Position numbers and translations under genes: made by a program
The notes under the pieces: generated by a model
Seen by the model: the letters and a program-made list of their open reading frames with translations, nothing else
What the model was told of the DNA's origin: nothing
Databases searched by the model: none
Virus record (IMG/VR): IMGVR_UViG_3300004369_000001
Location: 32,001-96,000 of that record
DNA from: a virus
Direction: 5' to 3' (one strand)
Length of the DNA stretch: 64,000 bases
Shown: positions 35,862-45,659 of the stretch, one piece after another
Numbering within the stretch: the first letter of the stretch is position 1
Layout: every line of letters begins with the position of its first letter

Positions 35862-36757
35862 GATCTAACCTCCATAGCGATCAATGTGCTGATGCTTCTC
35901 ATATCATTACCAGCTCTATCGTTAATATAAAGATTGCGATTACTACCACTCCAAGAAGAAGAGGCACCAACAGTATATGTAACCGAGTTGGTTGTGCCTG
36001 GGACATCCATATATTGAAGAGTATTGCAATACATGTAGTCGTCACCATCATAACCAGAATATGTGGTGGCAACAGATCCATTACTGATATTGCTGTTGCC
36101 ATTCAAACCAGCGGTCAGGACATTACCATCACGGAAGAAACCAAATGAGCAGACGTGACGAGCAGATGAATTGACCATTGCCAACAACACAATCTTAGAG
36201 TTAGTGTGCGTGGGGGCAATAGAGACTTCTAGGTCAGGAATCTGTGACAATTCTTGTGCGTTGATCAGATAACGATTAGGGGGTGTCATAGACATACGAA
36301 GTTGGACAACTTCACCCTCTCTAAGGTCATTTTCTTCACCACCAACAATAAACCAAGAGGCATTAGGTTCGATGGTTACAGTAAAACCTTGCTGCACTTC
36401 AACAGGTCCAGCAGTAAAACCGTTTCTAAACTCCTCACCACCATTGGCAATAGGACCAACGGTAATATTTTCATTGATGAAGTTGGCATTGGTGCGGATA
36501 ATCGAATCTTCACCAACTGAAGGACCACCGCCACCGACATCATCCCACCCAGGCACACCTGCCTTGGCATCCTGAAGATATATCTGTGCCATATCTTCAT
36601 CGGTATTATAGACAATCGTGCCGTAAGCAGGAGTGCCTAAACCTTGAATAGCAACCTCTGTCAATGGGGGCAGATTGATCTGTTCCGTTACCGAGAGTGC
36701 TGTTATAATTGCTCTGGTAGCGGCATCAATCTGATTACCGTTGATTTTTGTAGACAT
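35858..36757 (-). CDS. Virion/fibre protein
   Basis: GTIVYNTD..GWDDVGGGGPS..IIRTN and a C-terminal ISTLIAMEV beta domain. Confidence 0.65.
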   Translation of the reverse strand: MSTKINGNQIDAATRAIITALSVTEQINLPPLTEVAIQGLGTPAYGTIVYNTDEDMAQIYLQDAKAGVPGWDDVGGGGPSVGEDSIIRTNANFINENITVGPIANGGEEFRNGFTAGPVEVQQGFTVTIEPNASWFIVGGEENDLREGEVVQLRMSMTPPNRYLINAQELSQIPDLEVSIAPTHTNSKIVLLAMVNSSARHVCSFGFFRDGNVLTAGLNGNSNISNGSVATTYSGYDGDDYMYCNTLQYMDVPGTTNSVTYTVGASSSWSGSNRNLYINDRAGNDMRSISTLIAMEVRS

Positions 36758-36780
36758 TTATACCCTCAGTCTAGTAGTAT

Positions 36781-39700
36781 TTAGATGACCAATTCTCTAA
36801 CATGCACAGTATCCCCTGTTTGAGGAATTGTGCCGATGGAGAAGTCAACAGAGTTACCGACAACTTGATAATCAACTCCAGGCGTTTGGCAAACACCATT
36901 CAAGAATACAAGCAGTGAATATGCACTGTGACCAGAAGAGATAGCAAATGCTGAGGTTGCACCGTCGCCTGCATAGGTTGTCCCATTGTTAGCGTTAGCA
37001 ATACCCGTCGCCAAAGAGTATTTATCTACAGCACCATACTTACCTGTAACTTCCAGATCGCCCTCAACGTGGAGGTTACCACCAATCTTCATTCTATTTG
37101 TTGCATCTGGTGCAATACCAATACCATAATGTGTCACACCACTATATCTATTAGATGTGATAGCAGTGGTGTCACTGAGACCAAACTTATACCAGACGTT
37201 GTTGTCATAAATCCAACCCAGTGCTTGACCAGGGGCCCAGTCAATGTTATAGCACATGTCGCCTGTGTTAAAGGCAAGACCTGCCTCAAGATCGGGAAGA
37301 CCATTACCATCTTCCTCAGCAAGGAAGGTCTTCCTCAAAACAGTGCCATCATCGTTAGAGTATGTAAACTCTAGGGACTGAATCTCATTCTGTGATGTAA
37401 TCTTCTTCTGGAAGGTTACAGGACCAGAGAATACAGATTCCAACTGGTTAGATGCACCACCAATAACAGTCAGTTTGTCGGTAAGCACCAACTCAGAGAA
37501 AGTTTCAATGGTTGTGTCTTCTTCACCCAACACATTCAATTGTGCAATATCTTCGTTAGTGATCTGACCTGTAACTGGGTTGATAACTTGGTTACCAACA
37601 AACAACTCACCGTCAGAGTTAACACCAGAATAGTATGCCACACCTGCTGCTTCTTTGAGTGACTGAGACAATCTAACTTGCTCAGGACTCAACACTTCCA
37701 CCTGTGTAGAGGGGAATGCAGTTGAGTAGTTACCAGGACCGAAACCAAGATATTCAAACGTGTGACCAGATGCTCTGAGAATGGAGTATCTTCTCAACTC
37801 AATGAGCAAGGGTTGGACACTACCATCAGAGTTAAGTTTCAGAGGAATCTTACGCTCTTCAGCATCACCCAGACGTGCAGTAACTGAGATACCATTCAGC
37901 ACGTTAGATGCAGTGGTATAACCAAGGTTGTTTTGACTCTCTTGCAGGAAATACTGTGCTGTCTCCTTAGTAATAGACAACTGAGTATTGATATTGGGAG
38001 TGGGTTGTGCTCCATCAGTTGTCTTCACAAGACCTAAAGTCTCGTTATCTGCAATAGAGATAGATGCTGCAGGGTCTGCAACAGGGTTGTCTCTGTCAAA
38101 TGCAGGATAAAGGTCAACAGTTTGCTGAGAGAATTCAAAGTCATCAAAGTTGGTTGTGGTCGGAGTTACCGAAGCATTCAACAATGTCAGATAATAGATA
38201 CCATCAGCAACACCACGCTCAAACACTTGATATGTTTCAACAGCGTAAACGTAGTATGTCCTAGTATATGCAGGAGAGTTGGTTTCAGAAGATCTCGGTT
38301 GAATCACGAAACCCGTGATGGGCACTCTGGGCACAGGGAATGCATCCTTGTCCAGCACATAACGATAACGATAGATTCTGTCAACCAAGTTACGAGCATC
38401 GGGCACACGACGGATAAATGTTGTCGGTGTGAATCCAAGATTCTGATAGATGCTATTGGACTGCAGTGTGGTGTAAATGGTATTAGCAGTGCTTTCTACT
38501 TGGATATACCAGTTACCAACAGCAGAGTCCCACTTGAGAGGTGATTCATCATCACCAGCAGCGGTGCCTGTAACTGTAGGACCAGTGGGTGTAATGTTTG
38601 CGTAGTGTACAGTTGGTTCGGTTGCACCAGAGGCAATCAACTGCACATAGATTCTATCAGGACTGTTGATATCATCCTGCCTAGCACCAATAGTGTAACC
38701 CTGAATCTTTGTGGGAGGTCTACCAGTCTCTACAGAATAACCATACAAGTAGAGTTTTGTTGGGTCTGCTGCAGCACGAGTCTTGTTAATGTCAATCGTG
38801 ATCCAGTTGATAGCGATCTCATCGATATCATCGAGAGATTTTGGTGGAATAACGTGTGTGAATTGTCCTGCTTTATCTTTGGTGAATGCTGCTGCCTTAA
38901 ATCCTTTAGATCTAAGTGATGTGTTACCAAAGTTAGAGTTGGAGTTAGTAATTGAAAGGTCACCACCACTCTCTGAGAAGAAGTGATCACCAAATCCCAC
39001 AGCAAACACAGACACAACCTGAATGAATGCGTCATTCGATGCTTTAATGTGTGCGTGTCTCCATCCTTTGCGATACTTCGCTAGACCGTTAATGTGAGCA
39101 CCAGATCCTGCTGCTTGTGCTTCATATTGCTCAGTCGTTGGGTTGTATACAACGAATGCTCTGTCATCTTTTTGTAGTGAAATGCCAGTAAACTGTGCAA
39201 CCACCATCGATTTGAAACCAGTTGCTTCAGCACCATCAGCGTGCATACCATTGATACCCCACACCGATCTAAGTGAGAGGTTGAATGCATATGGAGATGC
39301 AGAGTCAACTGTATCAATCTCAACCTTCACCAGGATATTACTACCGATAGCATTACCTGAGGGCTCAGATGACATCTGATAGGTAAATTGGTTACCTTGT
39401 GCTGAGGTTACGAAGAATGACCCGTTATATAGTAACTGATCCTGATCAGTAGGACCAGTGACGCCAGAAATATTAACTGCCACACCCACCGAGAAACCGT
39501 GATTCTTGGGGTTACCCAATTCATCAACGGTAAATGCCGTTGCCGTCTGACCATTTCTAATAATCTGAGAAACAGCAAATTCGTCCGAAATCGGACCCAC
39601 AATTCTGTTTTCCTCAACTCTCGCCTGCAATTGGTCTTGAGAGATGATACCAGAGGAGTCAGGAATTGTAGCGTATGCTTTAGAGATCTTCTGGTAATAC

Positions 39701-40353
39701 AGGTTAAGATCTTCTGTATTAGCGAAGGTGAAGCAAGTTAGTTTGTGGTGAGAGAAATTTGGGGCAATTTGGGACAAATCGTCACGGTAGTAGACCCCAT
39801 TAGTGTCACCATCAAAGAAAGAAAACTGCCAGAAGTATGTTGCACCAGTGACCTTAAAGATGGATGTAGGTCCAGGTTCATTGGCAGCAGTAATACCCAA
39901 ACTACCCTGCACTGTTGGGTATGGGACATACTTAGGCACAACTTTTGTGCGTCTTAGGTCAGATCCAACAACGGAGCAACCTCTAGGACAGATAACACCA
40001 CCCCCAACTGAGTTAAATTTATATAACTCGTTGGAAGCAGAGGTGATATCGAAGTTAGTATTTTCGTTAAATGGTTGAATCTGGTTGTAATCAGCAAGAC
40101 CAGGACGGTTGTCGATTACATATTCAGATGGATACAAATAAATCGAGAAGGCGTCAAATTCGTCGTTTGACAGACCCACTCGATACGAAAATCTAGAGAC
40201 TTCAAGAAAGGCACGCTGCAACGTCTTAAACGGACGCAATGCCGAGTTACCTCGGTTATCATATGCGTCCGATGCATCGAAGTCATCAGGGTTGACGTAG
40301 ATAATACGTCCCGTCCTAGACGTGATGATATTCTTAAGACGAGTAAGTGCCAT
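36781..40353 (-). CDS. Large virion structural protein (conserved in cyanophages)
   Basis: MALTRLKNIITSRTGRIIYVNPDDFDASD..GNSALRPFKTLQRA; ELRRYSILRASGHTFEYLGFGPGNYST. Confidence 0.8.
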   Translation of the reverse strand: MALTRLKNIITSRTGRIIYVNPDDFDASDAYDNRGNSALRPFKTLQRAFLEVSRFSYRVGLSNDEFDAFSIYLYPSEYVIDNRPGLADYNQIQPFNENTNFDITSASNELYKFNSVGGGVICPRGCSVVGSDLRRTKVVPKYVPYPTVQGSLGITAANEPGPTSIFKVTGATYFWQFSFFDGDTNGVYYRDDLSQIAPNFSHHKLTCFTFANTEDLNLYYQKISKAYATIPDSSGIISQDQLQARVEENRIVGPISDEFAVSQIIRNGQTATAFTVDELGNPKNHGFSVGVAVNISGVTGPTDQDQLLYNGSFFVTSAQGNQFTYQMSSEPSGNAIGSNILVKVEIDTVDSASPYAFNLSLRSVWGINGMHADGAEATGFKSMVVAQFTGISLQKDDRAFVVYNPTTEQYEAQAAGSGAHINGLAKYRKGWRHAHIKASNDAFIQVVSVFAVGFGDHFFSESGGDLSITNSNSNFGNTSLRSKGFKAAAFTKDKAGQFTHVIPPKSLDDIDEIAINWITIDINKTRAAADPTKLYLYGYSVETGRPPTKIQGYTIGARQDDINSPDRIYVQLIASGATEPTVHYANITPTGPTVTGTAAGDDESPLKWDSAVGNWYIQVESTANTIYTTLQSNSIYQNLGFTPTTFIRRVPDARNLVDRIYRYRYVLDKDAFPVPRVPITGFVIQPRSSETNSPAYTRTYYVYAVETYQVFERGVADGIYYLTLLNASVTPTTTNFDDFEFSQQTVDLYPAFDRDNPVADPAASISIADNETLGLVKTTDGAQPTPNINTQLSITKETAQYFLQESQNNLGYTTASNVLNGISVTARLGDAEERKIPLKLNSDGSVQPLLIELRRYSILRASGHTFEYLGFGPGNYSTAFPSTQVEVLSPEQVRLSQSLKEAAGVAYYSGVNSDGELFVGNQVINPVTGQITNEDIAQLNVLGEEDTTIETFSELVLTDKLTVIGGASNQLESVFSGPVTFQKKITSQNEIQSLEFTYSNDDGTVLRKTFLAEEDGNGLPDLEAGLAFNTGDMCYNIDWAPGQALGWIYDNNVWYKFGLSDTTAITSNRYSGVTHYGIGIAPDATNRMKIGGNLHVEGDLEVTGKYGAVDKYSLATGIANANNGTTYAGDGATSAFAISSGHSAYSLLVFLNGVCQTPGVDYQVVGNSVDFSIGTIPQTGDTVHVRELVI

Positions 40354-40397
40354 TACTTGTTATCCTTGTATATGGTTATTTAGGTTATCAGTTGACG

Positions 40398-42578
40398 TTA
40401 GGGGACAGCAGCACCAGCGCCGTCATCAACTGCTGCCTTAGTCATGTTGATCACATCATAGTCATCACTCGAAGACTCAAAACCATTCAACACAAAAGAA
40501 GTATTAGCATTACTAGAATATACCAAAAGATTTTGACCAGGACCAACTACAACGCCAGAGACCTTAGCTGTTGTTGTGGCGGCAATGTCCTCATCATAAT
40601 ACATCCAATCAGAAGCAGAATAAACATCAGTCGTATCTGCTTGAAGACCCGTGGAGATAGTAGCAACGTCAAGGGTCAGATTGGCAGCGCCACCACCACC
40701 GAGCAGAGAATCCAGGATAGTGATAGTATCGGCAGCAACGTGATTCTTACCACCGTCAAGGATGGTTACAGTTGCAGCACCAGATCCATCAACAACAACC
40801 TCAAGGGACTGGTTAATGCCACTACCAGAGGAAGTGCCAGAAACAATGTATGTGCCAGCACTGCGGGAAGCATCTGCTCCACCAATATTGGTGATGGTGA
40901 GGATCTTACCGTCAACAACTTCAACGAAAGATCTCGTGCCGTTAATTCTTGTCGGGGAGTCATAGAATTGATCACCCACAGAGAATGAGGGGGATCCAGT
41001 GTCCGTAGAGACCTTCAGATGTTGTGCTACAGGATCCCATTCATGGACATAACCGTAAGCACCAGGATTAACACCATTTGCCTGAATTGTCTGAGTAACA
41101 CCACCAATGGTAAATGTATCAGCAGTTGCGAGTGGTTCCCCACCAATGTTGTAGATGTAGATTCTACTGTAAGTTGGTTGAAGTTGGACGTTAGCAGTCA
41201 AACCGATACCATCAGTTTGCTCAGCATAGATGTTGAGCAGGTTAGAAGTCTGGTCGGTAATTGAAATCTCAACGATACCATTTGTGCCACCAGATCCAGT
41301 CTTAGTAACACCGATAGTATATTCTGTGCCAGTGCCATTAGCACCCTCTTGATCATCATCAGAGAATCTCAAATCATACCCAGTGTTAGACGCATGTGCC
41401 TGGTCGAAGATATAAGTCCTATCTACGTCCAAAGAGCGAGTCTGGGTGAAAACGTGATCATCAGCAACTGTAGATGTCTCAGAGAAAATAAACTTAGTGT
41501 CGATAGTCTGAGAGGCAGTAGCACTGAAGGAGATCACAGCAGCAGCACCGCTGGAGAAAGTCAAACCTTCATCTACACTAAAGAAGTTGAGAAGATACTG
41601 ACCATTGTTTGTCAGAAGAGTTACGGTTTGACCGTTGTTGTGGTTAACATCGGACGTGCCGTAAGATCCACGAGTAACAGTCAGATCATTACCAGCAACA
41701 CCAACAATCTCCATAATCTCGTTATCAACCAGGATGAAACCACCTGTAACGAAACCAGTAGAGTCTGTGAGTGTCAGAGTTGTATCACCTGCAGGGTAGG
41801 TAGCACCTTCGTTGATTGTGCTGACAGTAGCAGAGGCAGACCATGCAGTAGACAGACGACCAGCAGGAATTGCTACAGCAGTTGTGCCAAGAGCACCACG
41901 AGTCACCGTGAGTGTATTGGTTGTGAGGTTAATACCAGAAGAATCAATACTGATAACTTCATCAGTGTTTGACAATTCCTGAGGGTCTCCAATGGTCAGA
42001 TACATACCATCGGCAAGACCAGTATTGCGGTCAACTTGGACAGAAGTCGCAGAGTTAGAAACGTCGGGAATGTTGACATAAGCACCAGATCCCTGAGTTG
42101 CTAGACCGCCTCTAAACTTAGCAACCAAACCAGAAGTATCGCCAGTGATGGTGTCACCGTCTTCCTCCAAACCAGAGAGACTATCCTGAGCATAAGAGAT
42201 CTGAATGATCTCTTCTACCTTGGCGTAGAAAATAACATCTTCTGTGGGTTTGTATACATCAAGCAGGGTAGCAGTAGCACCAGCAGTTGTTGTGATGTTT
42301 GTGCCAGGAATAGCAGAAGCATCTTGGAAACCAGGATTCAAATCCAGGTAATAAGATGTGACTGGGTTGCCCTTTGCGAATGCATAGTTACTTGCGTTGA
42401 GACCGTCTAGGTGCAAAACCTGATCGTAATCTCGCAATGCCACTCTAAAGGTGCCAGCAGATCCATTTTGATTACAGACGCTTACGACAGCGGAAGCAGT
42501 GTCTTCAATCGCTGCCCTATAGAGCAAAGTATTTGTAGTTGCCGCTGGATTTACAGCAGCGAGTCTTCCTGCTACCAT
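40398..42578 (-). CDS. Virion structural protein
   Basis: Thr/Gly-rich beta repeats (NEIM..LTVTRG..GT); late cluster. Confidence 0.7.
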   Translation of the reverse strand: MVAGRLAAVNPAATTNTLLYRAAIEDTASAVVSVCNQNGSAGTFRVALRDYDQVLHLDGLNASNYAFAKGNPVTSYYLDLNPGFQDASAIPGTNITTTAGATATLLDVYKPTEDVIFYAKVEEIIQISYAQDSLSGLEEDGDTITGDTSGLVAKFRGGLATQGSGAYVNIPDVSNSATSVQVDRNTGLADGMYLTIGDPQELSNTDEVISIDSSGINLTTNTLTVTRGALGTTAVAIPAGRLSTAWSASATVSTINEGATYPAGDTTLTLTDSTGFVTGGFILVDNEIMEIVGVAGNDLTVTRGSYGTSDVNHNNGQTVTLLTNNGQYLLNFFSVDEGLTFSSGAAAVISFSATASQTIDTKFIFSETSTVADDHVFTQTRSLDVDRTYIFDQAHASNTGYDLRFSDDDQEGANGTGTEYTIGVTKTGSGGTNGIVEISITDQTSNLLNIYAEQTDGIGLTANVQLQPTYSRIYIYNIGGEPLATADTFTIGGVTQTIQANGVNPGAYGYVHEWDPVAQHLKVSTDTGSPSFSVGDQFYDSPTRINGTRSFVEVVDGKILTITNIGGADASRSAGTYIVSGTSSGSGINQSLEVVVDGSGAATVTILDGGKNHVAADTITILDSLLGGGGAANLTLDVATISTGLQADTTDVYSASDWMYYDEDIAATTTAKVSGVVVGPGQNLLVYSSNANTSFVLNGFESSSDDYDVINMTKAAVDDGAGAAVP

Positions 42579-42585
42579 TTTTTAA

Positions 42586-43926
42586 TTACCATCCTGACTG
42601 AAAGTATGCTTGAAGTCTGAGTCGTCCGCCAAGGACAGGTGCCGAGATCGGACCACCGAAACTAATACCCACGTCAGAGATGTTGTTGGTAGACAACAAC
42701 GTAGCATCTGCGTTGGGGAATTGAATGGTAACTGAGTTATCAATGTTTGATGCATCGATATTGATGATACCATTCAAGTCAAGTGGATTGTTGATTTTGA
42801 AATTCTCAACAGTCTTATTGACTAGAGTTTGAGTTTTTAACTCAGTCACCAGAATGCTGGTGCCTGATGTATTTAGGGGGAATGCTGGATCGTTGTTTGG
42901 GAAACCAAAGTTATATGTTTGGTTATCCTCAATGTTGGAAAGATCAAACTGAATCTTTCTACCAATACCCAAAGCAGGATCTGTGTCAGCAAACACTGCA
43001 CCTTGATAAATTTTGTTGCTAAGAGTTTGAGAGGACTCAGTGCCAACAACCTCAACGTTGAGGTCGGGGAAAACAACCTGCCTATCAATAGTTAGGTTGG
43101 AAGAGTCAAAGATAACTCTAGCAGTGGGATTCTCAGGATCACCAGAAGGTGTGTTGGAGAATGTGGGGTTAACCATATTCTTGTTAAACACATTCTGATC
43201 GGTGATGTCATCGAGTAGTGTCGATTGAGTCACTGTAGCACCGAAATCGGGCAAGCGATAGATGTGAGTGCCAGGAGATTCCCAAGCGTCACATTCCAGT
43301 TTAGCGACCTTATCAGTTGATGTGGATCCAGTGATAGACAATTCACTATCTTTGATAATGATTGTTTTGTTGGTCAGAGTTTGGAATGTGTCATTAGCAA
43401 CGAACGTTGTGGACGTGTTTGCTCCCACGTCGGGAAGATCAAAACGCTTGGTGCCAGATTGTGCTGAAATTGTATCTACGTTAAAGAATGCTCTCTTCGC
43501 AGGGTTTTGGTCACCAGTCAGATAAAACTCAACGTCTTTCAGTTGTGTGACACCTTGGACAGTGAAATAACCACTACCCTGAGGTGTGATCTGCACATTA
43601 CTGTTAGCAGAAGCACTGTCAATTGCTTGGACATTCAGAGTTGAAGATCCGTCAGTGTTAGAGATTCTACTATTGTAGAGAGTTGCACTACCAAAAGTAA
43701 TACCGATCTCATTAACTGCAGACTGATAGAGACCAGTGTCTCGGTCAAGGTCAAAACAAAGTCCAGGAGATGAAGCAGATCCTGCACTCACACCTCTGTG
43801 AAGTTGATTAACCTTTGCCTTGCGGTTTGGTTGCAGAGGGTCAGAAATGACCACTGGAAGAATAGATTCTCCAGTTACCTCTGCATCAGTAATCGCACTA
43901 AGTTGAGATATTCTCTTTGTTGCCAC
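42586..43926 (-). CDS. Virion structural/fibre protein
   Basis: Repeated QTLTNKT / QTLSNK / QTLVNKT shaft motifs; downstream of TATAAATA. Confidence 0.7.
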   Translation of the reverse strand: MATKRISQLSAITDAEVTGESILPVVISDPLQPNRKAKVNQLHRGVSAGSASSPGLCFDLDRDTGLYQSAVNEIGITFGSATLYNSRISNTDGSSTLNVQAIDSASANSNVQITPQGSGYFTVQGVTQLKDVEFYLTGDQNPAKRAFFNVDTISAQSGTKRFDLPDVGANTSTTFVANDTFQTLTNKTIIIKDSELSITGSTSTDKVAKLECDAWESPGTHIYRLPDFGATVTQSTLLDDITDQNVFNKNMVNPTFSNTPSGDPENPTARVIFDSSNLTIDRQVVFPDLNVEVVGTESSQTLSNKIYQGAVFADTDPALGIGRKIQFDLSNIEDNQTYNFGFPNNDPAFPLNTSGTSILVTELKTQTLVNKTVENFKINNPLDLNGIINIDASNIDNSVTIQFPNADATLLSTNNISDVGISFGGPISAPVLGGRLRLQAYFQSGW

Positions 43927-43951
43927 AGCACAACCGCATCAGTTACAGTTT

Positions 43952-43959
43952 TATTTATA
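43952..43959 (-). promoter_or_regulatory. T4-type late promoter TATAAATA
   Basis: Exact consensus 25 nt upstream of the GTG at 43926. Confidence 0.8.
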
Positions 43960-43970
43960 CCCCTTAGGAT

Positions 43971-44573
43971 CTATGCAAAGACCATTCGTTGTGTATACTT
44001 GTGAGCAAAATAGGTGCGGTTTCCATGGATACCCCAACCCAACCAAGGATATGACTGGTTGATATACCACTCGACAGAATTGCCAGCAGTTTTCATCTTG
44101 GGTTCGATGCCAATCCACTGTTGCTCATTGACAAGATAACGTAGTTGTGTTTCAAGGGTAGAAGGATCGCCACCATACTTCATGGCGAATTTACCAAGAC
44201 CCACATAACGTTGGGTAGTTGTCCATTGGATTAAACCATATCCACCACGAAGACAATTGGGATAAGTAACTCTTGCACCACCTTCACAGATGTTAGGGTG
44301 GAAATTACTTTCCGCTTTGATATTGCCCATAAGAGATGCCAGGGCATTTCTATCAGAAATACCACGCTTCTGGAAAAAGGACAGTGTAGTTTTTTCGTTG
44401 CTATTGCAACCAGGACACTTCCACGTTTTTGCTACAGGAGCAGGTTTTGGTGCGGGAGCAACCTTTGGTGCCTCAGACACTTTGGGCGGGGCTTTGATCT
44501 CGCTGATGCTGGGGTAAGCACAAGCGGGAAGTCCTACGGCAAGCGTCGGAAGGATCATCAGTTGTTTAAGCAT
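43971..44573 (-). CDS. Muramidase (phage tail lysozyme-2 family) with N-terminal signal/lipobox
   Basis: LMGNIKAESNF, GGYGLIQWT, TQLRYL; N-terminal hydrophobic stretch ending in LPAC. Confidence 0.8.
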   Translation of the reverse strand: MLKQLMILPTLAVGLPACAYPSISEIKAPPKVSEAPKVAPAPKPAPVAKTWKCPGCNSNEKTTLSFFQKRGISDRNALASLMGNIKAESNFHPNICEGGARVTYPNCLRGGYGLIQWTTTQRYVGLGKFAMKYGGDPSTLETQLRYLVNEQQWIGIEPKMKTAGNSVEWYINQSYPWLGWGIHGNRTYFAHKYTQRMVFA

Positions 44574-44640
44574 TTAGTTAAATAGAAATCGACATCCACC
44601 AACAGACGAGAGATGACTCGTTGGGTAGCACGAAGTATAT

Positions 44641-44669
44641 ATCATACTCGATACCTATTTCCTTGTCAA
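44641..44669 (-). promoter_or_regulatory. Sigma70-like promoter
   Basis: TTGACA-N17-TATGAT. Confidence 0.75.
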
Positions 44670-44670
44670 G

Positions 44671-44742
44671 CTCCCCCTCCAGGATTCGAACCTGGGACCC
44701 AACGATTAACAGTCGTTTGCACTACCGCTGTGCTAAGGAGGA
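44671..44742 (-). tRNA. trnN: tRNA-Asn (GTT)
   Basis: Cloverleaf: acceptor TCCTCCT/AGGGGGA, anticodon arm AACGA-CTGTTAA-TCGTT, T-loop TTCGAAT; no encoded CCA. Confidence 0.93.
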
Positions 44743-44748
44743 ATGGGA

Positions 44749-44835
44749 CGGAGAGTTAGGGATTTGAACCCTAGATGAGGTTGCCCCCATACAGCATTTC
44801 CAGTGCTGCTCCTTAAACCACTCGGACAACTCTCC
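44749..44835 (-). tRNA. trnS: tRNA-Ser (GGA)
   Basis: GGAGAGT/ACTCTCC acceptor, CAGCA-CTGGAAA-TGCTG, long variable arm, TTCAAAT. Confidence 0.92.
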
Positions 44836-44837
44836 AA

Positions 44838-44911
44838 AGCCTAATGTCGGACTTGAACCGACGACCTACGGTTTACAAAACCGTTGCTCTATCCAGCTGA
44901 GCTAATCAGGC
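44838..44911 (-). tRNA. trnT: tRNA-Thr (TGT)
   Basis: GCCTGAT/ATTAGGC acceptor, ACGGT-TTTGTAA-ACCGT, TTCAAGT. Confidence 0.92.
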
Positions 44912-45171
44912 ACTTCTTCAAAATTTTCTATCATGTCTTCCATCGGGAAGAGTAGTGGATGACACTCTTCAGCGACCAAGTAGTAGGACATACGATAGAG
45001 GTCTTCCAGAGTATATGACGTAGTTGTGGCTGCGTCAAGCTGGACTTCTGGATCGTCTTGAATGATTTTGGGTAACTCATCGAAGGTGTAAGGGATTCCA
45101 CATATCTTGTAGAGTTTAACAATCCCTACCTCTTCGATGATTGCATAATTGCTCGTTACCCTTATCTTCAT
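44902..45171 (-). CDS. Hypothetical protein
   Basis: ORF track. Confidence 0.7.
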   Translation of the reverse strand: MKIRVTSNYAIIEEVGIVKLYKICGIPYTFDELPKIIQDDPEVQLDAATTTSYTLEDLYRMSYYLVAEECHPLLFPMEDMIENFEEVPD

Positions 45172-45426
45172 TTAGAAATCCCTCGTCATCTCTGCTAGCG
45201 ACTCTGCGACATAAGCACCAACAGCAGCAGGATCAGGAGTGAATTCTTCAGGATCTGGAATATTGACTCCAGGATCTAACTGAGTATAACCCATAACTGG
45301 GGTCATGATAACTGCTTTACCGTTGTCGGTGATTATCTTAATAGTGTGACCTTTTTCAACCAATTTAATAGCGAAATCAAAGTTATCTTCGATTTCTTCT
45401 ACCGTCAGTGTAATAATAGTGCTCAT
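45172..45426 (-). CDS. Phd/YefM-like protein
   Basis: LTVEEIEDNFDFAIKLVEKGHTIKIITDNGKAVIMTP resembles the Phd N-terminal fold. Confidence 0.55.
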   Translation of the reverse strand: MSTIITLTVEEIEDNFDFAIKLVEKGHTIKIITDNGKAVIMTPVMGYTQLDPGVNIPDPEEFTPDPAAVGAYVAESLAEMTRDF

Positions 45427-45608
45427 GGGATGTAAGTAATCATGTCATCTGGGACGTATCCTTTGATGTTACTGATGGTTTCGTGAAAACCTTCGGCACC
45501 ATCTTGGTCCCACTTATATTTAACAACGTCTTCGTATCCTTCTTCGTCAACGATAGTAAATTGTCTTGCCGAGAATTTTACGAAGATGTGCGAAATGGCG
45601 TCTGACAT
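45423..45608 (-). CDS. Hypothetical protein
   Basis: Start probably MSDAISH with GAGAGG Shine-Dalgarno. Confidence 0.65.
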   Translation of the reverse strand: MSDAISHIFVKFSARQFTIVDEEGYEDVVKYKWDQDGAEGFHETISNIKGYVPDDMITYIP

Positions 45609-45630
45609 GGGGACCTCTCTCAACCCCCAC

Positions 45631-45659
45631 ATCATACATCAATTCAGGAGCAGTGGCAA
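45631..45659 (-). promoter_or_regulatory. Sigma70-like promoter
   Basis: TTGCCA-N17-TATGAT, overlapping the gp5 stop. Confidence 0.65.
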
